From Eledone cirrhosa (Eukaryota): 64,000 nucleotides of DNA. Within the stretch, counting starts at the first letter, position 1; every line of letters starts with the position of its first letter. Shown here piece by piece: positions 25,855-43,692 of the stretch. The position numbers were made by a program, and so were the translations under genes. The stretch spans positions 248,001 to 312,000 of the forward strand of contig OZ024766.1 of assembly GCA_964016885.1 (NCBI GenBank). The letters run 5' to 3'. The notes below the pieces were generated by a model. The model did no database searches, had not been told where the DNA came from, and saw only the letters and a program-made list of their open reading frames with translations.

Positions 25855-27690
25855 ATGCAAAATATTTGGAATGTTTTACATAATTTTACTGTTCCATTAA
25901 TGGATTATACTTGTAATTTCCTAACTAGTTGTGTTCTTTCTGTTCCTGTGAAGCCCAGCTTCTCAAGATTTGTATTGAGGCAGTTACTAACATACCCCAG
26001 TGCCCCAATAATCACAGGTATAAATCTGAAGGTGTAATCAGGGTGGAGTATCTGTAGATTTATTATTAGTTCTGCATAAATATTCTCCTTTTCGCTAATC
26101 TTTGATATTATATTGGCATCTACTGGGCAGCTAACTTCCACTTCTGAGCATGCCTTCTTCTCCCTGTCCCATATCATTATATCTGGTCTGTTATGCCTGC
26201 ATTTTATTGGGGTTTTTACTGGAACATCCATCAGTACTCTTTCATATTATGTGTATGTATGTTTTCCACATTGGTGAAGCTTTTAATGTGTTTATTATCG
26301 GGGCTATCTTTTCTATGGATTGCATTGTACAGTGTTTTGGCCACTACATCAAGCCTCATAGGTAGATAGTACTGCGATGACATCTTTGGACAGCTGCTTA
26401 TAACATAGGTGGCATCTTCAATGTTAATTCTGCAGAGTCTGCACTTGTCACATCTAGGTGTTTTGCCTGCATCCCTATCTCTTTTGTGAATCAGGTATTT
26501 CGTGTTGATTTGCTGTTCTTGGATTGCAAAAGCATATCCTTCAAAGTGGGAGCCAATATAGTGGTTGTTGGTCCAAGATAGACTACTTTCCTTATCTATA
26601 TTACTCTCACTCTGGAGCTTTCTGGCAACATATCCATGCATGATTTTTTTGCTGATAAACATGCAGTTTTTCATCCATGGATTCACTGCGGTACTGCTGG
26701 GCGACTTCCCTGGGTGTGAGTTTTAGATTATCATACAGGGAATATCTCTCAAGGAGTTTCTTCCCAACTCTCATGATCTTATTTGTCTCATGTAGATAGA
26801 CTTGCTCGTGAGACGGGCTCCTATGCTTCGAGGTTCGTAGATATTGTCAGAGGGATATAATGCGACATTCAAATGCTGTCAGGACTGATGTTAGGCCTCT
26901 GCCTCCCTGCTTATATTTCAAGTAAAGGTGGTCTATGTCGCTGTTGATGTGGAAGTTTCCGGTGTTGTTTAGTATTTTTCGAGTCCTAACATCAATTGCT
27001 CGGATTTCGTCTATCGTCCAATTGAGTATTTCAAGTAAGTTAGGACAGGCACAGCAAACACATTGTGAACCACTGTTTTATTGTATGCAGAGAGTTCCGA
27101 TGACCATATTTTTCTTAATCGAGTGTAATATTCCCATATAAGATATGTTCTCATCCATCCCCAGGTATCTGTAGCAGTCCTCATCAGATATCGGTGAAAC
27201 AGTTAGGCCATTGATGACAATGTTGCTAGATTGGGTTGTTGTTTTTCCCCGCTTTTCACTCATATATAAACATTTATCTTGGCCAAACTCCATTCCTATA
27301 TCCTTTGAGAATGTTGTAACCAGGTCAATTTTTTTCTTCATCCCATCTATGTTCTTCACATAGAGTTTCAGATCATCCACAAAGAAATTATGGGTTAGGT
27401 TCGTATTTCTGCCTTCCTGTTAGTCAGTGATGTATCCTTCACATCTCTTGAGCAGAACGGACAAAGGGTTTAATGACGAGATAAATAGTATCACAGAGAG
27501 ACTGTCTCCTTGAAATATACCCCTGTGATATTCTATTTTATCCGTGAAAATAGAGTCCTCCTTCTCTGTCTTTAACTTTAGGATAGTAGTAGCCCAAGAA
27601 GAAGACAGCTTCTCTATGGCTCTGATAATAATGTCTGGGTCTTTAGCAAGTCGGAGGGCCTCTATGACCCAAGATAATGCTGTTAAGACA
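25855..27690 (-). mobile_element. Non-LTR retrotransposon relic with restriction-like endonuclease (R4/Dong or NeSL-like)
   Basis: FQGDSLS, FVDDLKLY, YRYLG, CRLC..SSCP zinc knuckle, RPDIMIWD..EVSCP, PVIIGALG; frameshifts and stops. Confidence 0.85.
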
Positions 27691-27931
27691 ACCGTGTTAC
27701 CACCTATCCCGGTACATCTGCCACAAACAAAGTCTTCCTTTCCTTTTAGTGTCTACCTGTTATCTAACTACACCCCTTGTGTACCCATATCATGTTGTGT
27801 ATTATCCCCCCCCCGGGGGGGGTCTATGTGTGTGTGTGTGTGTGTATCTGTCCATGTGTGTGTTCTTGTGTGTGTGTGTAGTAAAGTTTTAGTCACACTT
27901 TCACATACATACTTAAAGGCACTCATGTAAC

Positions 27932-28120
27932 TGTTTCTACCTTTTTGGCACAAGGCCAGCAATTACCCCAGTGTATTACTGGTAATTCATTTTATCGACA
28001 CCCCGTAAGGATGAAAGGCAAAGTTAACCTCGGCGGGATTTGAACTCAGACCGTAAAGGGCCGTAACTCTATGCATCAAAGCATGGCGTCCGAAACTCTA
28101 CCGATTCTGCCAATCCACCG
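27932..28120 (-). mobile_element. SINE family B
   Basis: Reverse-complement copy. Confidence 0.85.
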
Positions 28121-28252
28121 ACGAGTGTGTGTGTGTGTGTTGGATTGCCATCAGTTGTGGCTATGCTTGATACATATCTGGAAGATACAACACACACACA
28201 CACGTATATATATATGTATATATATATATGTGCACACACATACACACATACT

Positions 28253-28309
<57 letters not shown>

Positions 28310-28354
28310 AAAAGGTAAACAGAAATAACAACACAATCGGTACAGCATCTATCT

Positions 28355-28975
28355 ATCTAGGGTGGGTAAAATTCCCGAGATCCATGGACGAGTTCTCTCC
28401 AGCGGTCTCTGTCCCTCATTATCGCTGCCATGGCCTGCGTCTCCAACAGACCAGTGTCTGTCCTTATGGCACCAACATACGTTAACCTTGGTCTTCCTCT
28501 TCCAGTGTGTCCATGTAGGGGCTCCCACAGGAGCACTGAGTGCAGTGTCAACTCTGGATGTCGGTGAGCATGTCCAGCTAACCTAGTGTGTCCATGTAGG
28601 GGCTCCCACGGGAGCACTAAATGCAGTGTCAACTCCGTATGTCGGTGAACATGTCCAGCTAACCTAGTGTGTCAATGTAGGGGCTCCCACAGGAGCACTG
28701 AGTGCAGTGTCAACTGTGGATGTCGGTGAGCATGTCCAGCTAACCTCAGTCTCCTCTGTGTTATTTTTGAGCTGACTTTTGAGCTGACTTTTGAGCTGAC
28801 TTTTGAGCTGCTTTTGAGCTGACTTTTGAGCTGACTTTTGGGAGGCTCCCGTACAGCTCTGAGTTCTTCATCTTCAGTCTATACTGATTAATGTTCAGAG
28901 CCAACCTCAGCATTCTCGTGTAGCACCCATCCACCATCTGAGTGATTTTCTTGGTCGGTGTCCAAGTTCGGTACA
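28355..28975 (-). mobile_element. Second RTE-like LINE 3' fragment with internal 81-bp and 12-bp tandem repeats
   Basis: RLRLAGHAHRHP..LLWEP..GRGRPRLTY; TAGA-type tail; shorter 3' copies at 4800-4868 and 22300-22450. Confidence 0.8.
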
Positions 28976-29025
28976 GTATATGGAAGGGATATATTAGGTT
29001 AAGGCTTGATATAGCAGGAAGAGGG

Positions 29026-29061
29026 TCTTAACATTTCGGACGCTAGTCCTTCATCAGAAGA
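29026..29061 (-). ncRNA. Ultra-minimal hammerhead ribozyme motif
   Basis: Reverse complement reads TCTT-CTGATGA-aGGACtagcGTCC-GAAA-TG-TT-AAGA; loopless stem III AATGTT, likely from palindrome AACGTT. Confidence 0.65.
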
Positions 29062-29164
29062 AAGAATGAGAAATAAAATAGATTGAGGGGACGGGCGGGG
29101 TTGGAATTGGAAGAAATGTCTTTAGATAAAAATAACAGGTCCGTTCATGTTGACATCTCTTGGA

Positions 29165-35045
<5,881 letters not shown>

Positions 35046-35077
35046 CCCTATTTCTATACACTATTCTCTTTCCACAG

Positions 35078-37678
35078 GTACATCCAGGATGGGTCGGAGG
35101 TGACAGTTGACAGCTTCTCACTGACCCTCACCGACGGTATCCACCAAGTAACGAAGGACATCAACATAGACATTGTCCCGATAGATGACCAGGCCCCGCG
35201 CCTGCGCGATGGACTGAAGCCGCACTTGATAGTGTCAGAGGGTAACGAGGCTGTCGTGACGTCGTCCGTGCTGTCGGCAAAGGACGACGACACGGACGAA
35301 GAGCTTCTCACGTTTCTCATCGTGAAACAGCCGCGGAGGGGCACCCTAAAGGTCAGCGGCTACCCAGTGACCAAATTCACACAGCAGAACATCAAGGATA
35401 AAGTGGTAAAGTACCATCACAGTGGCGAGGAAATTGGCCCCACCCCAAAGCAGGACAGCGTGTCGTTCATAGTTTCTGATCAGAACTACGCATCAGCTAT
35501 TGATCTGCCAATTTATGATTTAAATATTACAATAACTCCCGTTGACAACCAGAAACCAAACATCTTGTCCGGCAACCCCATCCTCCTACAAGAAGGAAGC
35601 ACGTTTCTAGTAACAGTGGAAAATCTAAATGCAGAGGACATGGATACCCTTCCGCGCAACATCCGGTTCATGATTGGCAAACAACCACAGTGGGGGTACC
35701 TGGAAAATACAAAACCCACCCCAGGAACAGAGAAGAGCAATGCAGGAATCCAGATCAACTCTTTCCGGTTGCAAGATGTCCTCGACAAGTCCATCAACTA
35801 TGTCCAGACCAACCATATCGGGGTTGAGCCACTGTACGACTCCATCGAACTCTACGCCATGGACGGAAAGCTGCACTCCGAGACGAAAACTCTGGCCATC
35901 AACATCATACCGACCAACGATGAAGTGCCAGATGTGATGTTGCAAGACTTTGCCATTCTAGAAGGTGGCTCCAAAATGATCAACCAGTCCATAGTTGATG
36001 CTATAGACTTGGATGTACCCAAAGACCCACTCACATTTTCCATCTCAAAGCCGCCAAAGTATGGTAAAATTGTTTTAATGTCCCAATCGAAGACTGGATC
36101 AAATGAAACTCCGTTTCGGGACTTCTCCATTGAAGAGCTACAAAATGGCATCCAGTTAAAATACAAACACGATGACTCCGAGAACTTCCATGACCGTTTT
36201 GTGCTTGTTGTAAGTGACAGTAAACATGCTGTTAGTAAAACCTGTAATATAACTATTATTCCAGTGAACGACGAAGAGCCTGTCATTGTCAAAAACACTG
36301 GCCTTAATCTGGAGTATGGTAACTTTGGCCTCATCTCCAGCACTTGTTTGTTGGCCGAGGATAAAGATACAAACCCTTCCAATCTGATATTCGTGTTAAT
36401 TTCCCTCCCGAAAATAGGAAACCTTCAGTATAGAATGGACTCCTCGTACCCCCCTACTCAAGCGAGATGGTACGACTTCGAAATGGGAGCAAATTTTACG
36501 CAGGAGGATGTCAACAGTGACCACATACGGTATATCCACTCCAGTGATGACACCCAATCAAAGGTCGATGGTTTCATCTTTGTGCTGACAGATGGTGTCA
36601 ACAAGCACGGGCCCATTACTTTCTCTTTCCACATCAAGAATTCTAAAGCCACCAAGATCTCGTTACTAAACAAAGGGTTAAGAATCAAAGAAGGGGCCCG
36701 AGCTATCTTGTCTACAGATATCCTTAGCGCGTCGGACGGGAGCACAGTTGCTGAGGAAATACATTTCACAATAACAAAGGCCCCTAGCTTGGGTCAACTG
36801 GAATACATTAATGCTCCTTTTGTGTCCATTAAGGGCTTCACCCAGCTTGATCTGGCTGGGCAACAGGTTGTGTACAATCACATTTCCAAAAGTGATATTG
36901 CTGAAGACTATTTCTCATTTACGGTGACCAACGGTTTAAAATATACCAGGGATGACCAACTTCTCATTCACATTGAGTCCCAAGATGAGATACTGCCCAC
37001 TCTCGAAGTCAACAACCCTATTGAAGTGATTCAAGGGGCAAGAGTAGCCGTGACCCCTCTCCATTTGAAAATCACTGACCCTGACACTTCGATTGAAAAT
37101 CTGACCTATGAGATCATCAAGCCGCCCAAATATGGTCATCTGTACAACCTCAACTCTTTGTTGGTTCATTCTTTCACACAGCAGGATATCAACAAGGGCC
37201 AGATCTCATATGAAAGCGACGGCTCTTTGGCCACATTTGACCACTTCATGTTCATGATCAGTGATGGTCACCACAGTGGTTTCTACACCAACACATCCCT
37301 CTCGACACAGCCAATCGTGTGCAACATCCATATAAAATCCCTATCACAGGACGCACCCCAGCTACAGATCAACAAAAACCCAGAACACCTGGAAAGCTTT
37401 GGCAAGAAGCGTTATGGTTTCAAACTGACCAGCAAGTCCTTGAGGGCATTTGACTCGGATACTGACAGCTCCCACTTGCTGTATGTGATTACTAAAAGAC
37501 CCACAAATGGCCATATTGAGAACACAGCTGCCAAGAGATACGTTCACAGGAAGTTTACCCAGAAGGACCTTGATGAAAAGAGCCTACTCTACATTATAAA
37601 CCCCAAAACTAATGAGGTCAACGATAGTTTCAGCTTTAGGATTGAGGACTTTAATGGAAACTCACTTGAAAACCAAAA
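35078..37678 (+). CDS. FREM1: FREM1-like exon (CSPG repeats)
   Basis: Acceptor ttccacag|G, phase-2 join AG|G=Arg, then YIQDGSEV. Repeated FTQxDI / YxHxxS / PV(N/D)DExP motifs. Donor AA|gtaggt. Confidence 0.95.
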
Positions 37679-37702
37679 GTAGGTATTATTTTAATAAAGA
37701 AA

Positions 37703-37755
<53 letters not shown>

Positions 37756-38490
37756 AGGGCGGTGGATTGGCAGTATCGGTAGAGGGTCGGACACCATGCT
37801 TTGCAGCAAAGAGTTACGGCCCTTTATGGTCTGAGTTCAAATCCCGCCGAGGTTAACTTTGCCTTTCATCCTTACGGGGTCGATAAAATAAAGTACCAGT
37901 AATACACTGGGTAATTGCTGGCCTTGTGCCTAAAGTAGAAACAATTATTACGGGGTCGATAAAATAAAGTACCAGTAATACACTGGGGGTAATTTGCTGG
38001 CCTTGTGCCAAAAGTAGAAATAATTATTACAGGGTTGATAAAATAAAGTACCAGTAATACACTGGGGTAATTGCTGGCCTTGTGCCCCCAAAAGTAGAAA
38101 CAATTATTACGGGGTCGATAAAATAAAGTACCAGTAATACACTGGGGTAATTGCTGGCCTTGTGTGCCAAAAGTAGAAATAATTATTACGGGGTCGATAA
38201 AATAAAGTACCAGTAATACACTGGGGTAATTGCTGGCCTTGTGCCCCCAAAAGTAGAAACAATTATTACGGGGTCGATAAAATAAAGTACCAGTAATACA
38301 CTGGGGTAATTGCTGGCCTTGTGCCCCCAAAAGTAGAAATAATTATTGCGGGGTTGATAAAATAAAGTACCAGTAATACACTGGGGTAATTGCTGGCCTT
38401 GTGCCCCCAAAAGTAGAAACAGTTATTACGGGGTTGATAAAATAAAGTACCAGTAATGCACTGGGATAATTGCTGGCCTTGTAGAAATAA
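37756..38490 (+). mobile_element. SINE family B with about 10 tandem ~60-bp 3' units
   Basis: Fills almost the whole 37679-38511 intron. Confidence 0.88.
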
Positions 38491-38511
38491 TTGTTGTTGT
38501 TGTTGTTGCAG

Positions 38512-38714
38512 ATTTGAAATCAGGTGGTCCCGGACAGAGTTTCAACTGTCGGATTATGTTGTGTGTGAAAACATTGGTACACTTAGTCTGACGTTGTTTC
38601 GTTTCGGCAATGTCGAACGACCAGCTTTCGTTGACATTCGCGTTCGACAGATGTCAGCAAAGCTACAAAATGACTTTATTCCCAGCACCACCAAACAAGT
38701 GAAATTTGAGCCAG
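38512..38714 (+). CDS. FREM1: FREM1-like exon (Calx-beta, first half)
   Basis: Acceptor ttgcag|A; reads FEIRWSRTEFQLSDYVVCENIGTLSLTLFRFGN...VKFEP; donor G|gtattg; phases match neighbours. Confidence 0.92.
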
Positions 38715-38758
38715 GTATTGAGTTCTTCCGATGTTTTCTCTCTGTCTTCTTCTTCTTC

Positions 38759-38790
<32 letters not shown>

Positions 38791-38834
38791 TACATACTTA
38801 CTTACTTACTCACTTACTTACTTACTTACTTACA

Positions 38835-38866
<32 letters not shown>

Positions 38867-38906
38867 TACTTACTTACTTACTTACTTACTTACATACTTA
38901 CTTACA

Positions 38907-38951
<45 letters not shown>

Positions 38952-39370
38952 CATCATCTTGTTCTTCTTCTTGTTCTTCTTCTTCTTGTTCTTGTTCTTG
39001 TTCTTCTTCTTCTTCTTCTTCTTCTTCTTCTTTTTCTTCTTTTTCTTCTTCTTCTTCTTCTTCTTGTTCTTCTTGTTCTTCTTGTTCTTCTTGTTCTTGT
39101 TCTTGTTCTTCTTCTTCCTTTTTATTTTTTATTTTTCTTTCTTTTTCTTTTTCTTTTTCTTTTTCTTTTTCTTTTTCTTTTTCTCCTTCTTCCTTCTTCC
39201 TTCTTCTTTCTTCCTTCTTCTTCTTCTTCTTCTCTTTCTTCTTCTTCTCACTACTAACACCACCCCCCACCTACACTACACACCCTACTACACACCATGA
39301 ACACCCTCTTTAATACCACCTACGCCACCCTCTCTACTACCACCCACACTACTACTCTCCTTAATTACAG

Positions 39371-39520
39371 GTATGAAACAAGCCAGGTGGAATATTCTGA
39401 TTGAGGGTGATACCATCAAAGAGAGCAATGAAAAATTCAAACTGATTCTTCACAGTCCGGTTAACATAATTATTGGCAAGAAGGGCAAAACCACGGTGAA
39501 AATCATCAATGCAGTAAACG
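39371..39520 (+). CDS. FREM1: FREM1-like exon (Calx-beta, second half)
   Basis: Acceptor attacag|GT; reads GMKQARWNILIEGDTIKESNEKFKLILHSPVNIIIG...VKIINAVN; donor G|gtaaag. Confidence 0.9.
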
Positions 39521-39719
39521 GTAAAGACCCTTTTACAGCCTGTTTTTGTAGCCATATTGTGCCCCTTAACGGTAAAGACCCTTTTACAGCCTGTTTTTGT
39601 AGCCATATTGAGGCCCTTAACGGTAAAGATCCTTTTACAGCCTGTTTTTGTAGCCATATTGTGGCCCTTAATGGTAAAGACCCTTTCACAGCCTGTTTTT
39701 GTAGCCATATTGTGGCCCT
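39517..39719 (+). repeat. 51-bp tandem repeat x4 starting at an exon donor
   Basis: GTAAAGA at 39521, 39572, 39623 and 39674. Confidence 0.92.
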
Positions 39720-39773
39720 GGTTTACACAACTCTCAGGACACAAACATCATAGGAATTGTAATTTCCATATTT

Positions 39774-40010
39774 GGAGGCACATGGCTTAGTGGTTAGAGC
39801 ATTGGGCTTGCAATCGAAAGGTTGTGAGTTCAATTCTCAGACCGGGTGATGTGTTGTTTCCTTGAGCAAGACACTTTATTTCACATTGCTCCAGCTTACT
39901 CAGCTGTAGAAATGAGATGATAGGGACTGGGGTCCCTATAATTCCACTGTAAAGTGGTCGTGGAGGTGCCACGGCAAAAAAGCACCAAGCCCACATTGTA
40001 AAGTGGTCAT
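39774..40010 (+). mobile_element. SINE family A, 3' truncated and fused to the 72-bp satellite MITE fragment
   Basis: Identical head and body; the tail is replaced by satellite. Confidence 0.85.
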
Positions 40011-40012
40011 GT

Positions 40013-40416
40013 AGGTGAAAATACAATAGTATATATAGAGTAAGGTAAATGTTGTGAGATATTATGTGAGGTAAAGCCTTTACTGTGAAAATACAATAGT
40101 ATATATAGAGTAATGTAAATGTTGTGAGATATTATGTGAGGTAAAGCCTTTACTGTGAAAATACAACAGTATATATAGAGTAATGTAAATGTTGTGAGAT
40201 ATTATGTGAGGTAAAGCCTTTACTGTGAAAATACAACAGTATATATAGAGTAATGTAAATGTTATGTGAGATATTATGTGAGGTAAAGCCTTTACTGTGA
40301 AAATACAATAGTATATATAGAGTAATGTAAATGTTATGTGAGATATTATGTGAGGTAAAGCCTTTACTGTGAACATACAATAGTATATATAGAGTAAGGT
40401 AAATGCTAAAGGGTTA
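40013..40416 (-). mobile_element. Same MITE family, one-ended fragment of ~5-6 units
   Basis: Array ending GCTAAAGGGTTA. Confidence 0.75.
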
Positions 40417-40470
40417 TACAACCTAACATCTTACCCTACTACTCATCAACTGCCATGTTTGTTGTTCCAG

Positions 40471-40586
40471 CCCACTGCCCTCAGTATATTGGTATGATAA
40501 GTAAGGAACAACCCCAGTTACTAATGGAGACAAGTAACCATATCCAAGTGAACAACAAGAACAACAATAAACAGCTTCTCCCACAG
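40471..40586 (+). CDS. FREM1: FREM1-like linker exon (not in the ORF track)
   Basis: Acceptor gttccag|CC; open frame AHCPQYIGMISKEQPQLLMETSNHIQVNNKNNNKQLLPQ; donor CAG|gtatgt; converts phase 1 to phase 0 as the flanking exons require. Confidence 0.8.
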
Positions 40587-40855
40587 GTATGTAGTAACTG
40601 ATGTGTTGACCACCAGAGGGCGTAGGTAACCCTCTCTCTCTATCTCTCTCACCTACTCTCTCTCTCTCATCCACTCTCTCTCTCTCTCTCTCTCTCACCC
40701 ACTCTCTCTCTCTATCTCACCCACTCTCTCTCTCTATCTCTCTCACTCTCTCTCTCTATCTCTCTTACCTACTCTCACTCTCTCTCACCCACTCTCTCTC
40801 TCTATCTCTCACCTACTCTCTCTCTCTATCTCTCTCACCTACTCTCTCTCTCTCA

Positions 40856-40894
<39 letters not shown>

Positions 40895-41255
40895 ACTCTC
40901 TCTCTCTATCTCACCCACTCTCTCTCTCTATCTCTCTCACTCTCTCTATCTCTCTCACCTACTCTCACTCTCTCTCACCCACTCTCTCTCTCTATCTCTC
41001 ACCCACTCTCTCTCTCTATCTCTCACCCACTCTCTCTCTCTATCTCTCACCTACTCTCTCTCTATCTCTCTCACCTACTCTCTCTCTATCTCTCTCATCC
41101 ACTCTCTCTCTCTCTCTCTCATCCACTCTCTCTCTCTCTCTCTCACACACTCTCTCTCTCTCTCACCCACTCTCTCTCTCTCTCTCTCACCTACTCTCTC
41201 TCTCTCACCTCTATCTCTCTCACCTCTCTCTTTCTCTATCTCTTTTTCTTATTAG

Positions 41256-41642
41256 TTCAACCATCTCACCAAACTTCTGGACAGCCCTGGTGGCGGTGGT
41301 GGTGGCGGTGACGACGGCGGCCTTGGGGGCGGCGATGGCGGCGGCGGCGGGGGCGGGGACGACGACGACATTCACAGCACCACCAACAGCAACAGCGACG
41401 GCAACAACGACAACAACAACAACGACAACAACGACAACAACAACAGCAACAACAACTTCGAGGTGTCCCTTTCCAAGTCGAAGAAAAAGGGGTCGAAAGG
41501 GGGAAAGAAGACAAAGAAGTCGAAGAAGGGAAAGAAAAAGGGAAAGAAATCAAAGAATAAGAAAACTTCTTCTTCCTCATCGAAATCTTTAGCGGATGTT
41601 GGTAAACCTGTCTTGGAGGAAGTGGCTAAAGGTAGCCTCAAG
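41256..41642 (+). CDS. FREM1: FREM1-like low-complexity linker exon (Gly, Asn/Asp and Lys-rich)
   Basis: Acceptor cttattag|TTC after a long (CT)n tract; 387 nt open, phase 0 to 0; ends AKGSLK|gtatgt. Confidence 0.72.
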
Positions 41643-41666
41643 GTATGTCATTCGTTTAATTTCTTC

Positions 41667-41968
41667 TCATAGATCTTGTGATGTAATAAGGAAACATCAA
41701 TGATGAAACACGTGTTAGAATGTGTAATTAAATAAAGTTTTCTGCTCATGCCTTGTCTGTTTTTCCCAACATATTGATATATATATATATATATATATAG
41801 TGGTGAAACATAAGTCAATTGCATGAACTCATATCATAGATCTTGTGATGTAATAATGAAACATCAATGATGAAACACGTGTTAGAATGTGTAATTAAAT
41901 AAAGTTTACTGCTCATGCCTTGCCTGTTTTTCCTAACATATTGATATATATATATATATATATATATA
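41667..41968. repeat. 167-bp direct duplication containing GAAACACGTGTT
   Basis: Units begin TCATAGATCTTGTGATG and each ends in (TA)n. Confidence 0.85.
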
Positions 41969-42009
41969 TCATCATCATCATCCTTTTATGTCCACTTTTC
42001 CTTGCTTGC

Positions 42010-42525
42010 AATGCCTGTGCTTTGAAGGTTTTTTAAGAGGGGAAAGGCCTTGCACTCGACCAATCCCACTCTCTGAGCATCGAAAACGCTACCTGAAAAG
42101 GAGAACTGGTCAACATCATTGGATGCTTCCAAAGCTGCAGGTTTTTTTTATCAGAGTTTCCCCTCTCCTAGAAAGGTTTTGTGACAACAACAGGGGCCTT
42201 TCACTCCCGGGTGAAAGAAAAAAAAGAAAAGAGAGTTCCTCCACCCTTCGGAATGTTTTACATATATTTACTGTTCCATTAATGGATTGTACTTGTAATT
42301 TCCTAACTAGTTGTGTTCTTTCTGTTCCTGTGAAGCCCAGCTTCTCAAGATTTGTATTGAGGCAGTTACTAACATACCCCAGTGCCCCAATAATCACAGG
42401 TATAAATCTGAAGGTATAGTCAGGGTGGAGTATCTGCAGATTTCTAATTAGTTCTGCATTAATCTTTGATATTATATTGGCATCTGCTGGGCAGCTAACT
42501 TCCACTACTGTACATGCCTTCTTTT
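42010..42525 (-). mobile_element. 3' fragment of the same RLE retrotransposon family
   Basis: Near-identical to 25867-26160, plus a putative 3' UTR. Confidence 0.85.
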
Positions 42526-42760
42526 CTATGTATGTATATACACTTCATATTTGTATTTGTTTTGTAAGGTCTTTGATGTGAAGATGTGTGTTAAAACATC
42601 TCAAGACTATAATAAAATCTATTTGGATAAGGTGGTGTTAGGCCACCCAACCCAACCCAACCCAACCCAACCCAACCTACTTCATTAACATTTTTTCAAT
42701 TGCATTCTATATTCTCCTTTGTTGGTCATATGTGACTGTATTGTCATTATCTCTCACCAG

Positions 42761-42914
42761 GGGGCGAAGATATGCACCCAGAAAACCAAGGATCTTCTAT
42801 TTCTCGACAGAAACAGCAAGAAGCTGTACAGCTGCGACGGGAAGCAGTGGCGCGAATGGCACTTTCTACAGGGACAGAAGGACCAACAATCTCCAAGTAG
42901 CCTTTGTGAACAAG
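42761..42914 (+). CDS. FREM1: FREM1-like exon preceding the C-type lectin domain
   Basis: Acceptor ctcaccag|GGG; reads GAKICTQKTKDLLFLDRNSKKLYSCDGKQWREW, similar to the KLYQCNGIAWKAW segment recalled for human FREM1; donor G|gtaaat. Confidence 0.9.
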
Positions 42915-42939
42915 GTAAATATAGTCACTTTGTATTTAG

Positions 42940-43350
42940 AGTCTAGTGGCCTCGTGGTAAGGGTGTTGAACTTACGGTTATAATGTCTTAGATTCGATTC
43001 CTTGACTAGGTTGTGTGTTGTGTTCTTGAGCAAAACACTTCATTTCACATTGCTCGAGTATACTCAGCTTAAAATAAGTACCAGTAATAGCTGGGGGTTT
43101 AATCCTGCAATTGATTGGCATCCTGTTCAGGGGGTGTCTTGAACTCTCAGTCGTTTAACACCAAGAAAACTGGGAAAGCACCAGCCTAATGAGCCTCTTG
43201 TGACAGACTTTAATATAACATTATACATATATATTTTATAACCCTGTGGTGGACTAGCATCTTGTCCAGGGGGAAGTCTTGAACTCTCAGTCATTTAACA
43301 CCAAGAAAACTGGGAAGGCACCAGCCTAATGAGCCTCTTAGCTTGGAACA
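42940..43350 (+). mobile_element. Diverged tRNA-derived SINE related to family A, with duplicated 3' part
   Basis: TGGCCTCGTGG A box, GATTCGATTCC B box, TTCTTGAGCAAAACACTT domain; different tail duplicated at about 43110 and 43250. Confidence 0.6.
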
Positions 43351-43692
43351 GGCTTTAGACTTAGACTTCGGAACAAGATTAGTTTGGGAGTGGAAAACTG
43401 AGAGAGGGTGCTTGCCCTGGTGGTCAGGGTGACTGTGGTCTTTTGTGTGGTTTTTGCCACGAGTGACCCTCGGAAGGTTCCCCCCTATTGGGGAATTTTT
43501 GTTGTTTGAATTTTTTTTTATATTTCTATCTTCTTGTCATAACCTTTTTACACGGCCAAATCCCACTTTGTATCGTCCTGTACCGTCTCTAATGTTTTTC
43601 TTCATGTTAGCCCTTGTGGCCAATAAATGAAATCATTATTATTATTATTAGATGGATTATTATTATTAGGTGGATTGGCAGAGGGTCAGACG

